This document shows positions 1 through 12,176 of a stretch of 64,000 nucleotides of DNA, one piece after another. Both the position numbers and the translations under genes were made by a program. Each line of letters starts with the position of its first letter. Position 1 is the first letter of the stretch. Origin of the DNA: Alloprevotella sp. (lineage in GTDB: Bacteria > Bacteroidota > Bacteroidia > Bacteroidales > Bacteroidaceae); the NCBI GenBank assembly GCA_045612125.1, contig JAZKYK010000001.1, forward strand, positions 60,596-124,595, written 5' to 3'. The notes under the pieces are model-generated. The model saw only the letters and a list, made by a program, of their open reading frames with translations, made no database searches and had not been told where the DNA came from.

Positions 1-7
1 AAAGAAA

Positions 8-52
8 CCCCTGATATTCATGGCTTTTCAAATAAGTCATGAATATTAGGGG
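8..52 (-). terminator. Intrinsic terminator hairpin (minus strand)
   Basis: CCCCTGATATTCATGGCTT / AAGTCATGAATATTAGGGG inverted repeat; AAAGAAA at 1-7 gives a U-rich tail on the minus strand. Confidence 0.7.
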
Positions 53-179
53 GCACCTTCAATCATATAGAATGCTCGTACAAGCGTTTTTCGGCATGTG
101 CGACACCACTGCGAACGACTCCTTTTTATTTCATCCTCGCCAGCAGGTGCCCTCTTTCCGTTTTTCTATTTTTACGATG

Positions 180-210
180 CAAAATTACCAAAATCATTTT
201 GATTTGCAAA
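180..210 (-). promoter_or_regulatory. Bacteroidetes sigma-A promoter, minus strand
   Basis: Minus strand reads TTTG (210-207), 19 nt spacer, TAATTTTG (187-180), matching the -33/-7 consensus. Confidence 0.65.
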
Positions 211-494
211 GCACGTTTTGCAGTAATTATGTTAAAAAAACATACCAAGTTTTTGGGACTCACAAGCATGAAAACAGAGATATTGATGCGATTCCGTAAA
301 TAAGACCATTCCGTGTTTTTACGTTACTAAGTGCTCAACAGCGCTGAAATCTGTGGGGTGATTTGATGAGAACAATGTACGCAAAAATTGCAGAACTTGC
401 TTAAACTGTTAACCGAATTTATCGTTATTTCGGTTATACTCTGAAAAATTTAAAATTTAGATGCGAAAATTTATGAGGTTACCAAAAATACCTT

Positions 495-502
495 TAATTT
501 TG
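495..502 (+). promoter_or_regulatory. -7 promoter box of the thiamine operon
   Basis: TAATTTTG about 10 nt upstream of the TPP riboswitch. Confidence 0.7.
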
Positions 503-512
503 CACCAACTTT

Positions 513-595
513 TACTAAGGGGTGCTCAATCGTTTTGTTGAGCTGAGATCAGACCCTCCGACCTGAACCGGGTAATGCCGGCGTAGGAATGGTAG
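513..595 (+). ncRNA. TPP (thiamine pyrophosphate) riboswitch
   Basis: AGGGGTGC...GCTGAGA...ACCC...ACCTGA...GGGTAATGCC GGCGTAGGAA hallmark motifs; upstream of thiamine uptake genes. Confidence 0.95.
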
Positions 596-699
596 AAGGT
601 GTGTGTTTGTTTTTGCCGCAGAATTAAGCCGGCTTCAGCCGCGAAAAATCCACATTACCACGATCCCCCTTTTCATTATTCACACAATTATTAAAAGTA

Positions 700-2931
700 A
701 TGAAAAGATTTACATCTATTGTTGCAGCCCTCATTGTGGGGTTGCCAAATGTTGTTGCACAGAGCGACAGCCTCAATGTTGAACTCGGCGAAGCCTCAGT
801 CATCGCCACGCGTGCTACGCAAACAACCCCCATCGCCTTTACAAACGTGAGCACCAAGGAGCTTTCGCGCTCCAATTTCGGTGCCGACATTCCCACATTA
901 CTCTCCACGACGCCTTCGTGTATCAGCACCAGCGACGCCGGTGCCGGCATTGGCTACTCGTCGCTCCGCATTCGCGGGGTTGACGCCACACGCATCAACG
1001 TGACCATTAATGGTATTCCCCTTAACGATGCCGAGAGCCACAACGTGTTCTGGGTAAATACGCCCGACCTCGCTTCGAGCGTCAACGATATTCAGGTACA
1101 ACGTGGTGTAGGTACCTCGACCAACGGCTCAGGCGCATTCGGTGCAAGCCTCGGCATGCAAACCAGCGCCTGTCGCACAAGTCCCTACACCGAAGTACAA
1201 CTCTCGGGCGGTAGTTATAACACACACAAGGAGACGCTCAACCTCGGAACGGGCTTAATCAACAAGCACTGGACTTTTGACGCCCGACTCTCGAATATCG
1301 GGACCGACGGCTACATCGACCGTGCCGAGGCCGACCTCTATTCTTACTACACCCAGGCAGGCTATTTTGCTGATGCCACAGCACTGCGCCTCATCGTCTT
1401 CGGTGGTAAGGAGCGCACTTATCATGCGTGGAACTATGCTTCGCGCGAAGAGATGGAGCAATACGGTCGTCGCTACAACTCCTGCGGCTACATGTACACC
1501 GACGACAATGGGGTGCAACACTTCTACGACGACCAGACCGACAACTACGAGCAGACGCACTATCAGCTTTTAGGACAACACCAGCTCAGCAAGCGTTGGA
1601 AATTCAATGCCGCCCTGCACTACACACGCGGCAAGGGCTACTACCAGGAATACAAGACGGACCGCAAGCTCGTGGAATACGGACTTACGCCCTACACGCT
1701 GGCCGACGGTACGCTGGTAAAGAAGTCCGACCTCATTCGCCGTAAGTCGCTCGACAACGACTTTGGGGGCGGAAATGTCTCCGTCAACTACCGCGACAAC
1801 CGCCTCAACGCTACGCTCGGTGCTGCTGCCAGCCGCTACGTGGGCAATCACTTTGGCCACGTGCTCTGGACGAAAAATTACCTCGGAGCACTCGATCCCA
1901 ATACGGAATACTACCGCAGTCAGGGCAGAAAAACGGATGCCAACATCTTCCTCAAGGGCGAATATGCGCTCCTGCCTTCGCTCTCTGCCTATGCCGACTT
2001 ACAGGTGCGCCACATTGACTACCGCATCGAGGGCACAAACGACAAGTACAACAGCCTCGATGCCTCCGGCATGCAGCGACTCGACATCGACGAGCAGTTC
2101 GACTTCTTCAACCCCAAAGTAGGACTCAACTGGAACGCTACGAAAGCGCTGCGCCTCTTTGCCTCAGCAAGCATTGCCCACAAGGAACCTACGCGCAACA
2201 ACTACACCGACGGCTACTTCACACAACTGCCGCGCGCCGAAAAACTCGTTGACTACGAAGCCGGTGCACACTACTCGACAGAGCTTTTCCACATTGGGGC
2301 AAACCTCTACTACATGGACTACACCGACCAACTCGTGCTCACGGGCGCACTCAACGAAATTGGCGAACCCGTTTCAGCCAACGTGAAGGACAGTTATCGC
2401 ATGGGCGTGGAACTGCAAGCCGCTGTGAAACTCCCCTTCGGACTGAAGTGGGAAGCCAACGCTACCCTCTCGAAGAACCGCATCCGCAACTTCAGCGAAA
2501 CGCTCTATGGCTACGACGCCGACTGGAACGAACTCCCCGCACAGACCATCGAGCACGGCACCACGCACATCGCCTTCTCCCCCTCGTTCATTGCCAGTCA
2601 GCAACTCAGCTACGAGTACAAGGGTTTCTTTGCCCGATTGAGCACGCAATACGTAGGCGAGCAATATATGAGCAATGCCGATGTGGCTGAACATAAACTC
2701 GAAGACTATTGCATCAGCAACCTCGACCTTGCCTACACGTTCCGCCAACTTGGTAGCCTCGAAAGCGCCACCATTGGTTTCAGAGTCAACAACCTTTTCA
2801 ACAAGGCTTACGAAAATAATGGCTGGGCTTCTTCGGAATACCTTAACACGCCCGACAACCGCGTGAACTACACTGGCTATGCCGCACAGGCGCGCACCAA
2901 CTTCCTGGCACACCTGACACTGAAGTTCTAA
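700..2931 (+). CDS. TonB-dependent outer-membrane receptor, probable thiamine transporter
   Basis: Signal peptide, plug motifs (IRGVD...NGIPLND, IQVQRG), C-terminal aromatic residue (LKF); TPP riboswitch and pnuC/thiN context. Confidence 0.9.
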   Translation: MKRFTSIVAALIVGLPNVVAQSDSLNVELGEASVIATRATQTTPIAFTNVSTKELSRSNFGADIPTLLSTTPSCISTSDAGAGIGYSSLRIRGVDATRINVTINGIPLNDAESHNVFWVNTPDLASSVNDIQVQRGVGTSTNGSGAFGASLGMQTSACRTSPYTEVQLSGGSYNTHKETLNLGTGLINKHWTFDARLSNIGTDGYIDRAEADLYSYYTQAGYFADATALRLIVFGGKERTYHAWNYASREEMEQYGRRYNSCGYMYTDDNGVQHFYDDQTDNYEQTHYQLLGQHQLSKRWKFNAALHYTRGKGYYQEYKTDRKLVEYGLTPYTLADGTLVKKSDLIRRKSLDNDFGGGNVSVNYRDNRLNATLGAAASRYVGNHFGHVLWTKNYLGALDPNTEYYRSQGRKTDANIFLKGEYALLPSLSAYADLQVRHIDYRIEGTNDKYNSLDASGMQRLDIDEQFDFFNPKVGLNWNATKALRLFASASIAHKEPTRNNYTDGYFTQLPRAEKLVDYEAGAHYSTELFHIGANLYYMDYTDQLVLTGALNEIGEPVSANVKDSYRMGVELQAAVKLPFGLKWEANATLSKNRIRNFSETLYGYDADWNELPAQTIEHGTTHIAFSPSFIASQQLSYEYKGFFARLSTQYVGEQYMSNADVAEHKLEDYCISNLDLAYTFRQLGSLESATIGFRVNNLFNKAYENNGWASSEYLNTPDNRVNYTGYAAQARTNFLAHLTLKF

Positions 2932-3030
2932 ATCCGACTGAACGTTATATACACAAATGAGGTACGCCGCACTGTCCACACAGCGCGCGTACCTCTGTTT
3001 ACAAAACTCTCACCAACTCCTCCACCACTT

Positions 3031-3591
3031 ATGCTCGAAATCATTGGCTTCGTTCTGGGCTTCGTCTATCTATGGTTAGAACTCAAGGCGAGCATTTATC
3101 TTTGGATTGTCGGCGCCATTATGCCAGCCGTCTATGCCGTTGTTTACTACGATGCGCGTCTCTATGCCGACTGTGGCATACAGATATACTACATCCTCGC
3201 TGCGCTCTACGGCTGGATTGTGTGGAAAGTGGGGTCTGCCAAGACCCTTGACGTGCCCATCACCCATACGCCCCGCCCGGTTTGGGGGAAGGCCGCCCTG
3301 ACGTGCATCGCTTGCTTTGCTGTACTGGCATGGGTACTCACCACGTTCACGGACAGCGATGTCCCACTCAGCGATGCCTTCACCACAGCGCTAAGCATCG
3401 TAGGTATGTGGATGTTGTCGCGAAAATATGTAGAGCAGTGGCTCGTTTGGGGCACAGTCGATGCGCTCTACGTAGCGCTCTACCTCTATAAGTCGCTCTA
3501 CTTCACAGCGATCCTCTACGCCGTCTATACCGTCATCGCCATCTACGGCTACCAACGCTGGAAACGCATTGCGCAAACCAACCAGAGATAG
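3031..3591 (+). CDS. pnuC: PnuC-family (PnuT-type) thiamine transporter
   Basis: Hydrophobic 186 aa with YGWxxW, DAFTTALS and KYVEQW motifs; operon context. Confidence 0.9.
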   Translation: MLEIIGFVLGFVYLWLELKASIYLWIVGAIMPAVYAVVYYDARLYADCGIQIYYILAALYGWIVWKVGSAKTLDVPITHTPRPVWGKAALTCIACFAVLAWVLTTFTDSDVPLSDAFTTALSIVGMWMLSRKYVEQWLVWGTVDALYVALYLYKSLYFTAILYAVYTVIAIYGYQRWKRIAQTNQR

Positions 3592-3790
3592 GTGCGTGGA
3601 TTGGACCTCGGGTCGACACGGCTTGGCACGATTCGTGAGTTGATTGACGACGGGCCGACACTGATTAGCACGATTCATGAGTTGATTGACGACGGGCCGG
3701 CACAGGGATCGGCCCCTACATCTCTCCTCTCTCCTCTCTCCTCTCTCCTCTCTCAACTTTCATCTCTCAACTCTCAACTCTCCTCTCAAT
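3585..3790 (-). repeat. Mosaic GTAG-REP/heptamer repeat element, copy 1
   Basis: Reverse complement of GTAGGGGCCGATCCC.GTG.CGGCCC plus ~45-bp internal repeats and (TCTCTCC/TCTCAAC)n. Confidence 0.85.
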
Positions 3791-3793
3791 AAA

Positions 3794-4399
3794 ATGACTA
3801 TTCTCTTAGCCAATGGTGATTATCCCACTCACCGTATTCCTCTTGATTTTTTGAACGGGCATTGCCCCGTTGTGTGTTGCGATGGTGCAGCCAACCGCTT
3901 TGTGGCAGAAGGTGGTGTGCCGACAGCCATTGTTGGCGATGCTGATTCTTTAAACGCCGATGTGCGTCAACGCTTTGCGCATTGTTTGCATGTGGTGGAA
4001 GAACAGGAGTTTAACGACCTCACGAAAGCCGTCAATTACATCAGTCGTTCGGGCGAAACCGATATCGTTATTGTTGGTGCAACGGGTAAGCGTGAATGCC
4101 ATACTTTGGGTAATATCAGTTTGCTTATGGCGTATCATCATCGAGGTTTAAACGTGTGCATGTACACCGATTATTGCGAGATACGCCCTGTGAGCGGTTC
4201 ATGCACATTCAGTCTGCACCCCAAACAGCAAATCTCCATTATCAATTTCGGCGCCACAGGTTTCAAAAGTTCAGGTTTGCGCTATCCTATTTATGATTTT
4301 AATGCGTGGTGGCAAGGCACGTTGAATGAAGTGACTTCAACGGAAGTGACCATTGAGGCAGAAGGCGATTATTTGGTGCTCATCGATTATATGCAGTAA
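3794..4399 (+). CDS. thiN: Thiamine pyrophosphokinase
   Basis: MTILLANG, CCDGAA, IVGDADS, NDLTKA, GATGKR.xH motifs; the longer ORF from 3686 is repeat-derived. Confidence 0.9.
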   Translation: MTILLANGDYPTHRIPLDFLNGHCPVVCCDGAANRFVAEGGVPTAIVGDADSLNADVRQRFAHCLHVVEEQEFNDLTKAVNYISRSGETDIVIVGATGKRECHTLGNISLLMAYHHRGLNVCMYTDYCEIRPVSGSCTFSLHPKQQISIINFGATGFKSSGLRYPIYDFNAWWQGTLNEVTSTEVTIEAEGDYLVLIDYMQ

Positions 4400-4618
4400 A
4401 AATATACGGTTAATAGACATTATGATTGTCTGTTGACCGTTTATTCATTGCTCAAAATGGAAATGAAAGCATATATTTTGATAAAAAACAGCAAAACTTT
4501 AAATGATTTAGGGATTTTTAGGCGCAAACCACACTTTCCTTTATTATAAATGTGTACTTTTGCTTTCGGATTAGAAAAAACATTAAAAAACATACTGATT
4601 TAAAACACAAACAAAACT

Positions 4619-5641
4619 ATGAAACAAGAAATTGACTGGGCAAATCTTTCATTTGGATACATGCCAACAGATTATAACGTGCGTTGTTATTACCGCAACG
4701 GTAAGTGGGGCGAAGTAGAAGTCAGTAGCTCTGATACCATTAACATCCACATGGCAGCAACTGCCTTGCATTATGGCCAAGAGGCTTTTGAGGGCTTGAA
4801 GGCCTTCAATTGTCCTGATGGTAAGGTACGTGTGTTCCGTTTGGAAGAAAATGCTGCGCGTTTGCAAAGCACATGTCGTGGTATCATGATGCCTGAATTG
4901 CCCACAGAGCTCTTTGCTGAAATGGTGAAGAAGGTGGTGAAGTTGAATGCACGTTTCATTCCTCCTTACGAAAGTGGTGCGGCACTTTATATCCGTCCCT
5001 TGCTCATTGGTACAGGTGCTCAGGTAGGCGTGCGTCCTGCAGATGAATATTTGTTCATGATTTTCGTAACTCCCGTAGGTCCATACTTCAAGGGTGGCTT
5101 TAACACCACAAACTATGTAGTTGTGCGTGAGTTCGACCGTGCAGCGCCATTCGGTACTGGTACATTTAAGGTTGGTGGTAACTATGCAGCCAGCTTGCGT
5201 GCCAATAAGTTGGCTCACGATTTAGGCTATTCATGTGAGTTCTACCTCGATGCCAAGGAAAAGAAGTACATTGATGAATGTGGTGCTGCAAACTTCTTTG
5301 GTATTAAAAACAATACTTACGTGACACCAAAGTCAAGCTCAATCCTTCCTTCAATTACCAACAAGAGTTTACAACAGTTGGCTAAGGATTTAGGTTTGAA
5401 TGTAGAGTGTCGTCAAATCCCCGTTGAGGAACTTGCTGAATTTGAAGAAGCCGGTGCTTGTGGTACGGCGGCAGTGATTAGTCCTATCGGTCGCATTGAT
5501 GACTTGGATACCAAGCAAAGCTATGTCATTGCCAAGGATGGTAAGCCCGGTCCTGTTAGCCAACAACTCTACACAAAGCTTCGCAATATCCAATATGGTA
5601 TTGAGGCTGATACTCATGGTTGGGTAACGATTGTGGAATAA
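4619..5641 (+). CDS. ilvE: Branched-chain amino acid aminotransferase
   Basis: LHYGQEAFEGLKAF, LYIRP, KVGGNY, ILPSIT, GTAAVISP motifs; TACTTTTG promoter box at 4555-4562. Confidence 0.95.
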   Translation: MKQEIDWANLSFGYMPTDYNVRCYYRNGKWGEVEVSSSDTINIHMAATALHYGQEAFEGLKAFNCPDGKVRVFRLEENAARLQSTCRGIMMPELPTELFAEMVKKVVKLNARFIPPYESGAALYIRPLLIGTGAQVGVRPADEYLFMIFVTPVGPYFKGGFNTTNYVVVREFDRAAPFGTGTFKVGGNYAASLRANKLAHDLGYSCEFYLDAKEKKYIDECGAANFFGIKNNTYVTPKSSSILPSITNKSLQQLAKDLGLNVECRQIPVEELAEFEEAGACGTAAVISPIGRIDDLDTKQSYVIAKDGKPGPVSQQLYTKLRNIQYGIEADTHGWVTIVE

Positions 5642-5730
5642 CATGTTTCAGGAAGACGACTTTAGGAATGGTTTAGGGCCGCTTCATGGCGTCAGCGTTT
5701 TTAAGGTCGTCTTCTACAAATAAGCAAATC

Positions 5731-6618
5731 ATGAAGAAATTAACATTAGGATTTATCGCTTCGTTCATCGTCTTGGCACTCATGGGCGGGATGGTTATGA
5801 GTTGCGGTGATTCGGAAAAATTAAAACAAAAGGAGCGTGAATTAGAGGAACTGCGACAATTGGCAGAACTTGATAAACGCGAAATGGAAAATCAATACGC
5901 AGAGTTTGCACTGCAGTACGCCGAGTTGAAGAAAACCGTGAAGAACGACTCGTTGGCGAATTTGCTGGACAAGGAACAAAAGCGTGCCGAAGAATTGCTT
6001 AAAGAACTGAAAAACGTTAAGGCCTCAAGCTCGGCTGAGATTTTGCGTTTGAAGAAGGAATTGGAAACGGTGCGTTCGGTGTTGCGCGATTATATTCGCC
6101 AAGTTGACTCTTTGCAACGCTTGAACGTGGCGTTGGCTTATGAGCGCGATGAAGCGTTAGCCGAAGCTGCGCGTACGCGAAAGAAAAATGACGAAATCAA
6201 TAGTCAGCGTGAAGCGCTTCAGGAAAAGGTGGAAATTGCAGCTCAGCTCAATGCAACTGAGGTGGTGATTGTGCCTTTGAAGAAGAATGGTAAGTTAGCG
6301 AAGCGTTGCGATGATATCAAGACCTTTGCAATTGACTTTTCGCTTGAACGTAATGTGACGGCACAAACTGGGGTGCGCACGGTTTACATACAACTGGCTA
6401 AACCCAATGGTGAAATCGTCAATGCTTCGGGTAAGTTTACCTATGAAAACAAACAGCTGGATTATTCAGCCACAAAGGTGGTGGAATATGATGGTAGTGC
6501 GCAAAACATAAAGGTGTTTGTGCCTGTTCTGGAAATCCTTAAGCCCGGTGTCTTCACAACCTATATCTTTGTGGATGGTCAGCACGTGGGTACGGGAACA
6601 TACGAAATCAAGAAATAA
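5731..6618 (+). CDS. Membrane-anchored coiled-coil protein with C-terminal beta domain
   Basis: N-terminal hydrophobic segment ending MSC, long E/K/L heptad region, beta-rich C-terminus. Confidence 0.75.
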   Translation: MKKLTLGFIASFIVLALMGGMVMSCGDSEKLKQKERELEELRQLAELDKREMENQYAEFALQYAELKKTVKNDSLANLLDKEQKRAEELLKELKNVKASSSAEILRLKKELETVRSVLRDYIRQVDSLQRLNVALAYERDEALAEAARTRKKNDEINSQREALQEKVEIAAQLNATEVVIVPLKKNGKLAKRCDDIKTFAIDFSLERNVTAQTGVRTVYIQLAKPNGEIVNASGKFTYENKQLDYSATKVVEYDGSAQNIKVFVPVLEILKPGVFTTYIFVDGQHVGTGTYEIKK

Positions 6619-6625
6619 AATAAGT

Positions 6626-6799
6626 ATGGTTCCAAGTGATCCTATGATTTTGTTCAGTTACATCAATATGAAACTGCGCGACCAATATCCTTCGCTCGAC
6701 GAACTCTGTCGGGCGGAGGATATTGACCATGAATGGCTTATATCTACTTTGGGCGCTGTTGGCTTTGAATATTCAGAAGAACATAATAAATTTTGGTAA
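6626..6799 (+). CDS. DUF4250-family small protein
   Basis: P.DPMILFSYINMKLRD.Y.SLDELC signature. Confidence 0.8.
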   Translation: MVPSDPMILFSYINMKLRDQYPSLDELCRAEDIDHEWLISTLGAVGFEYSEEHNKFW

Positions 6800-7200
6800 T
6801 GAAAGCATATTTATTGAGATATCGGTTTTCTGTTTGTTGCATCGTACTTATCTTTATTCTTTGCTTTTGCAAACCCAGTGCTTTGCCTGTTGATCTACCC
6901 ACAATGGTGGGATTTGACAAGCTGTGTCATTTGGTGATGTATTTAGGTACGTGTGGCGTGATATGGACCGAATATATCCGAAGCCATCAAAGCATAGCAT
7001 GGATGCGGTGTCTGCTCTTAGCGACGCTTGCTCCAGCCCTTATGAGTATTGGTATTGAATGGGCTCAGGCAGCCCTCACGGATTACCGAGGTTATGACCT
7101 TTATGATATATATGCCAACTTGACGGGTGTGCTTTTGTCTTTGCTGATTCCCTATGGATGGGTGTTGGCTCAAAAAAATAAATGCAATACCGAATTATAG
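6799..7200 (+). CDS. VanZ-like membrane protein
   Basis: DKLCH..MY, IEWAQ...YR..DLYD..AN..G motifs; TAATG coupling with the previous gene. Confidence 0.8.
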   Translation: MKAYLLRYRFSVCCIVLIFILCFCKPSALPVDLPTMVGFDKLCHLVMYLGTCGVIWTEYIRSHQSIAWMRCLLLATLAPALMSIGIEWAQAALTDYRGYDLYDIYANLTGVLLSLLIPYGWVLAQKNKCNTEL

Positions 7201-7225
7201 AACCCACCTTTAATTACATATCCCC

Positions 7226-7996
7226 TTGTTACTCCTACGTCTTTCCCCTTCATCGTTGTGCTTCGCTCGTTTAGAGCAAGGACGCGCTTTTGAATTTAAG
7301 TCTTTGCCTTTAATGGGCAACGCCTCGCTTGCAGAGCAACTGCGCCATGCCAAGCAAACCTTCTCCCTGAACCAGGCACAACCTCAGGATGGGCTTACGG
7401 TGACGGTCACGGGCGGCATTGTTGCGGTGCCCTTGGATGATTTTCAAGAAGAGGACTGTCAATCCTTTTATAATTACAGTATGCTTCCTGAAAACAAGCA
7501 ACGCGTGTTTTACGATGTCGTGCCTGCCGCAAATGTCGTTTTGCTTTTTGGACTTCCAGAACTGACCTGCCAAACGATAGAACAAGAATTGGGCGAAGTG
7601 CACTATGAATCGCTGTTTACGTCGGTGATGCGGCATGTCTTTGTGAAGGAGCTGGGGCAACGCATCTTCGTGTATTTATTGCCCAATGAGGCGATTGTTA
7701 TGGCGTGCGAAAATGCGAAACTTCGTTTGCTGAATACCTATAAAGTCCAAACGGTTGAGGATGTGGCGTATTTCTTGGTGAACATTGCCAATACGTTGAA
7801 CTTTAACCTGCAACAGACGAAGATTGACATTGCAGGCGACGCCACCATGCGTAATCCCTTGCTGGTGATGATGCGTCAGTTTGCGCCCAACACGCTCCCC
7901 GTGTTGCCCGCCAATGAATTTAAGCATCATGAAATTGCATCTGAAGAAGAGATGCCCTACGATATGATGACCTTTATATTCTCACATTATAGGTAG
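7226..7996 (+). CDS. DUF3822-family protein (start uncertain)
   Basis: L.LRLS...L.FA N-terminus and LLNTY...EDVAYF motif; usual position upstream of rsmD in Bacteroidales. Confidence 0.7.
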   Translation: MLLLRLSPSSLCFARLEQGRAFEFKSLPLMGNASLAEQLRHAKQTFSLNQAQPQDGLTVTVTGGIVAVPLDDFQEEDCQSFYNYSMLPENKQRVFYDVVPAANVVLLFGLPELTCQTIEQELGEVHYESLFTSVMRHVFVKELGQRIFVYLLPNEAIVMACENAKLRLLNTYKVQTVEDVAYFLVNIANTLNFNLQQTKIDIAGDATMRNPLLVMMRQFAPNTLPVLPANEFKHHEIASEEEMPYDMMTFIFSHYR

Positions 7997-8106
7997 GTTC
8001 TGTAATTTAGTCTGAGTCGATTTGCAAACGGCCCAAATGATAAGCAAAGCGACCACGCTCGGAATCAACCGAAAGAATAAACAACTCATTTATCGAACCT
8101 ACCTAT
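7991..8106. repeat. ~116-bp MITE-like element with AGGTAGGTTC...GAACCTACCT ends
   Basis: 10-bp terminal inverted repeat; internal GATAAGYAAAGYGA..AAGCTCGGAATCAAC core shared with 10321-10396 and 48469-48588. Confidence 0.6.
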
Positions 8107-8119
8107 AAATAATTTAGTC

Positions 8120-8680
8120 ATGCGAATCATTACAGGTATTTATAAAGGTAAGCATTTTGACATACCCCGAAACTTCAAGGCACGCCCCACGACGGACTTT
8201 GCCAAGGAAAATCTGTTTAATGTCCTGAGGGCCTATCTTGATTTTGAAGAGACTTCGGCGCTCGATCTTTTTGGGGGCACAGGGAGCATCACCCTTGAAT
8301 TATTATCCAGGGGATGTAAAAAGGTGACGACAGTTGAAATGGATCGCAAGCACTTTAGTTTTATTTTGGAGTGCATCAAAGCGTTAAAGACCCCTGCTGC
8401 ACGCCCCTTGTGTGGCGATGCCTTGCGTTATATTGAACGTTGTCGTGAAACTTACGACTTAATCTTTGCCGACCCTCCTTATGCGCTTAAAGAGTTAGGT
8501 GAATTGCCCGATCGCATTATGAACAGCCAAATGATTAAGGATTCAACATTAGTGGTGGTTGAGCATGGTAAGGATTACGACTTTTCGGCACACCCTTATT
8601 TCCTGGAACACCGTGCTTATGGCAGTGTGAATTTCTCTTTCTTCAGCAAGCAACGCGACACTGATGAGTCAGAGGAGTAA
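8120..8680 (+). CDS. rsmD: 16S rRNA m2G966 methyltransferase
   Basis: MRIITG, RPTTD..KENLFN, LDLFGGTG, DPPY. Confidence 0.93.
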   Translation: MRIITGIYKGKHFDIPRNFKARPTTDFAKENLFNVLRAYLDFEETSALDLFGGTGSITLELLSRGCKKVTTVEMDRKHFSFILECIKALKTPAARPLCGDALRYIERCRETYDLIFADPPYALKELGELPDRIMNSQMIKDSTLVVVEHGKDYDFSAHPYFLEHRAYGSVNFSFFSKQRDTDESEE

Positions 8681-8826
8681 GTATTCGTGAAACACAATAA
8701 TCAAGTCACCCGTACGCTTTACCGACGTTATTTTTTGCATTGGTCCAATAAAGCATACGGGTGGATTGCGTTTTGAGAAACAGCAGGTTTAATCAATAGA
8801 TTTTTATTGGTCAACAAATCAACAGA

Positions 8827-10335
8827 ATGGAATTTTATTTGGTAATTATTATAACAAGTGTGGTGCTTGCCCTGGTTGGTGGCTTTTTTATGGGCAAGCA
8901 AAGCAAACCGTTGATGGCTCAGGATGACCTCGTAGCCAAGAATGAGGCTTTGGAAAAAGCTAATGAGCAATGTCGGGCAGAACTCTTAAAGCTTAGCAGC
9001 GAGCGCGATGTGCTGAAGGCCCTGCATGAAAGTGCCACTGCGCAATGGACGCAGGATAAAGCGGATACCGAGAAACGCCACGCGCATGAAATCGAACGGT
9101 TTAAGGGCGAAATTAACGACCTGAAATTGGCGCATGCCCAAAGCCTTGAACAGCAGTTGAAGCAAACGCAGGCAGCCTTTCAACAACAGCTCGACACGAT
9201 GCGCGATATGAATAAAAAACAAGTGGAAACGCAGTTGCAACTGATTCAGGAACAAATGCGCTCCACATCTGAGAGGGTTCTGAAAGCACGTCAGGAAGAA
9301 CTTGGTGCGCGTAATAAGGAACAAGTGTCGCAGATCATTGATCCGCTACAGAAAAGTCTGAAGGATATGCAAGAGGCTTTCCTGAAAAATAAAGAACAAC
9401 AACACGAAGCCTTGGCGCGCTTAGACGAAACCATAAAGATTAACATGCAGAAAAGCATGGCTTTGGGTGAAACTGCCGATCGGCTCACACGAGCACTTAC
9501 TGGCGAGGTAAAGGTGCAGGGCAATTTCGGCGAACTGAAGCTGAAACAATTGCTGGAGGACCTCGAACTGAAGGAGGGGGAACAATATAGTACGCAGGAG
9601 ACGCTCCGCCAGGCCAGTGGAAAAGCCATGAAGGATGACGAGGGTAGGGGACTTATTCCTGATTTTATCTTGCATTTCCCCAATAATCGCCATGTTGTTG
9701 TCGATTCAAAGATGTCGCTCACCGACTATGAGCGATATATGAATACCGACGATGCTACGTGCCGAACCTCCTTTTTGCAAGCTCACATTCAGAGTGTCAG
9801 AAATCAGGTTAAACGACTGGCAAAGAAGGACTACACCCGTTATCTGCCCTCTGGCTACAACCGCTTGAGCTTTGCCATTATGTATATCCCCATTGAAGGG
9901 GCTTTGAATTTAGCCCTCCTTAATGATGCGGCATTGTGGCGCGAAGCCTACGACGAAGGGGTGATGATTCTTGGACCGCAAACCATGTATATGAATCTCA
10001 GGGTTCTTGAAATGATGTGGACGCAGGTGCGACAACTCAATAATCAGCAAGCGATGATTGATGCAGCAAACATGGTTATTGATCGCGTTCAGGACTTCAG
10101 TCAAAGATTTGCGGAGGTTGAAACGAGCATGAACGACACCATTAAAAAGATGAATAAATTAAAAATCACAACATCGGATGGTGGCGCAAGCATCATTACT
10201 GCTGCACGAAATTTAATCAAGGCTGGCGCTAAGGAAAATAAAAAGAAAAAAACATTGACCGACACCTCTGAATCGCTCTTTATTGATTCGGACGATACGG
10301 TAATGATGGAAAAGCAGGATGAACAAAAAAGATAA
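8827..10335 (+). CDS. rmuC: DNA recombination protein RmuC
   Basis: N-terminal TM, coiled coil, QGNFGE..L, PD..L, VVDSK, IMYIPIE motifs. Confidence 0.9.
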   Translation: MEFYLVIIITSVVLALVGGFFMGKQSKPLMAQDDLVAKNEALEKANEQCRAELLKLSSERDVLKALHESATAQWTQDKADTEKRHAHEIERFKGEINDLKLAHAQSLEQQLKQTQAAFQQQLDTMRDMNKKQVETQLQLIQEQMRSTSERVLKARQEELGARNKEQVSQIIDPLQKSLKDMQEAFLKNKEQQHEALARLDETIKINMQKSMALGETADRLTRALTGEVKVQGNFGELKLKQLLEDLELKEGEQYSTQETLRQASGKAMKDDEGRGLIPDFILHFPNNRHVVVDSKMSLTDYERYMNTDDATCRTSFLQAHIQSVRNQVKRLAKKDYTRYLPSGYNRLSFAIMYIPIEGALNLALLNDAALWREAYDEGVMILGPQTMYMNLRVLEMMWTQVRQLNNQQAMIDAANMVIDRVQDFSQRFAEVETSMNDTIKKMNKLKITTSDGGASIITAARNLIKAGAKENKKKKTLTDTSESLFIDSDDTVMMEKQDEQKR

Positions 10336-10536
10336 GCAAGGCAACAAGCTCGGAATCAACCGAAATAATAAAACAACGAATTTATAGAACCTGTCTTGAT
10401 CAATTTACGGTTGCTTTCGTAACTTTATTGTAATTTTGCATGTGACGAAAGAATAATTAAAAACTGTGGGGCGAGTTGATGAGCATTCTGTTCGAATCAT
10501 TCATAGTCCCCACCTTAAATAATATATTTTTATAAC

Positions 10537-12174
<1,638 letters not shown>

Positions 12175-12176
12175 TG

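Noticed and set aside
3592..3792. ORFs and N-terminal extensions at 3592, 3686, 35721, 35756, 39959 and 51856
   Set aside because: They translate REP/heptamer repeats; true starts are the downstream ATGs (3794, 40067, 52096)
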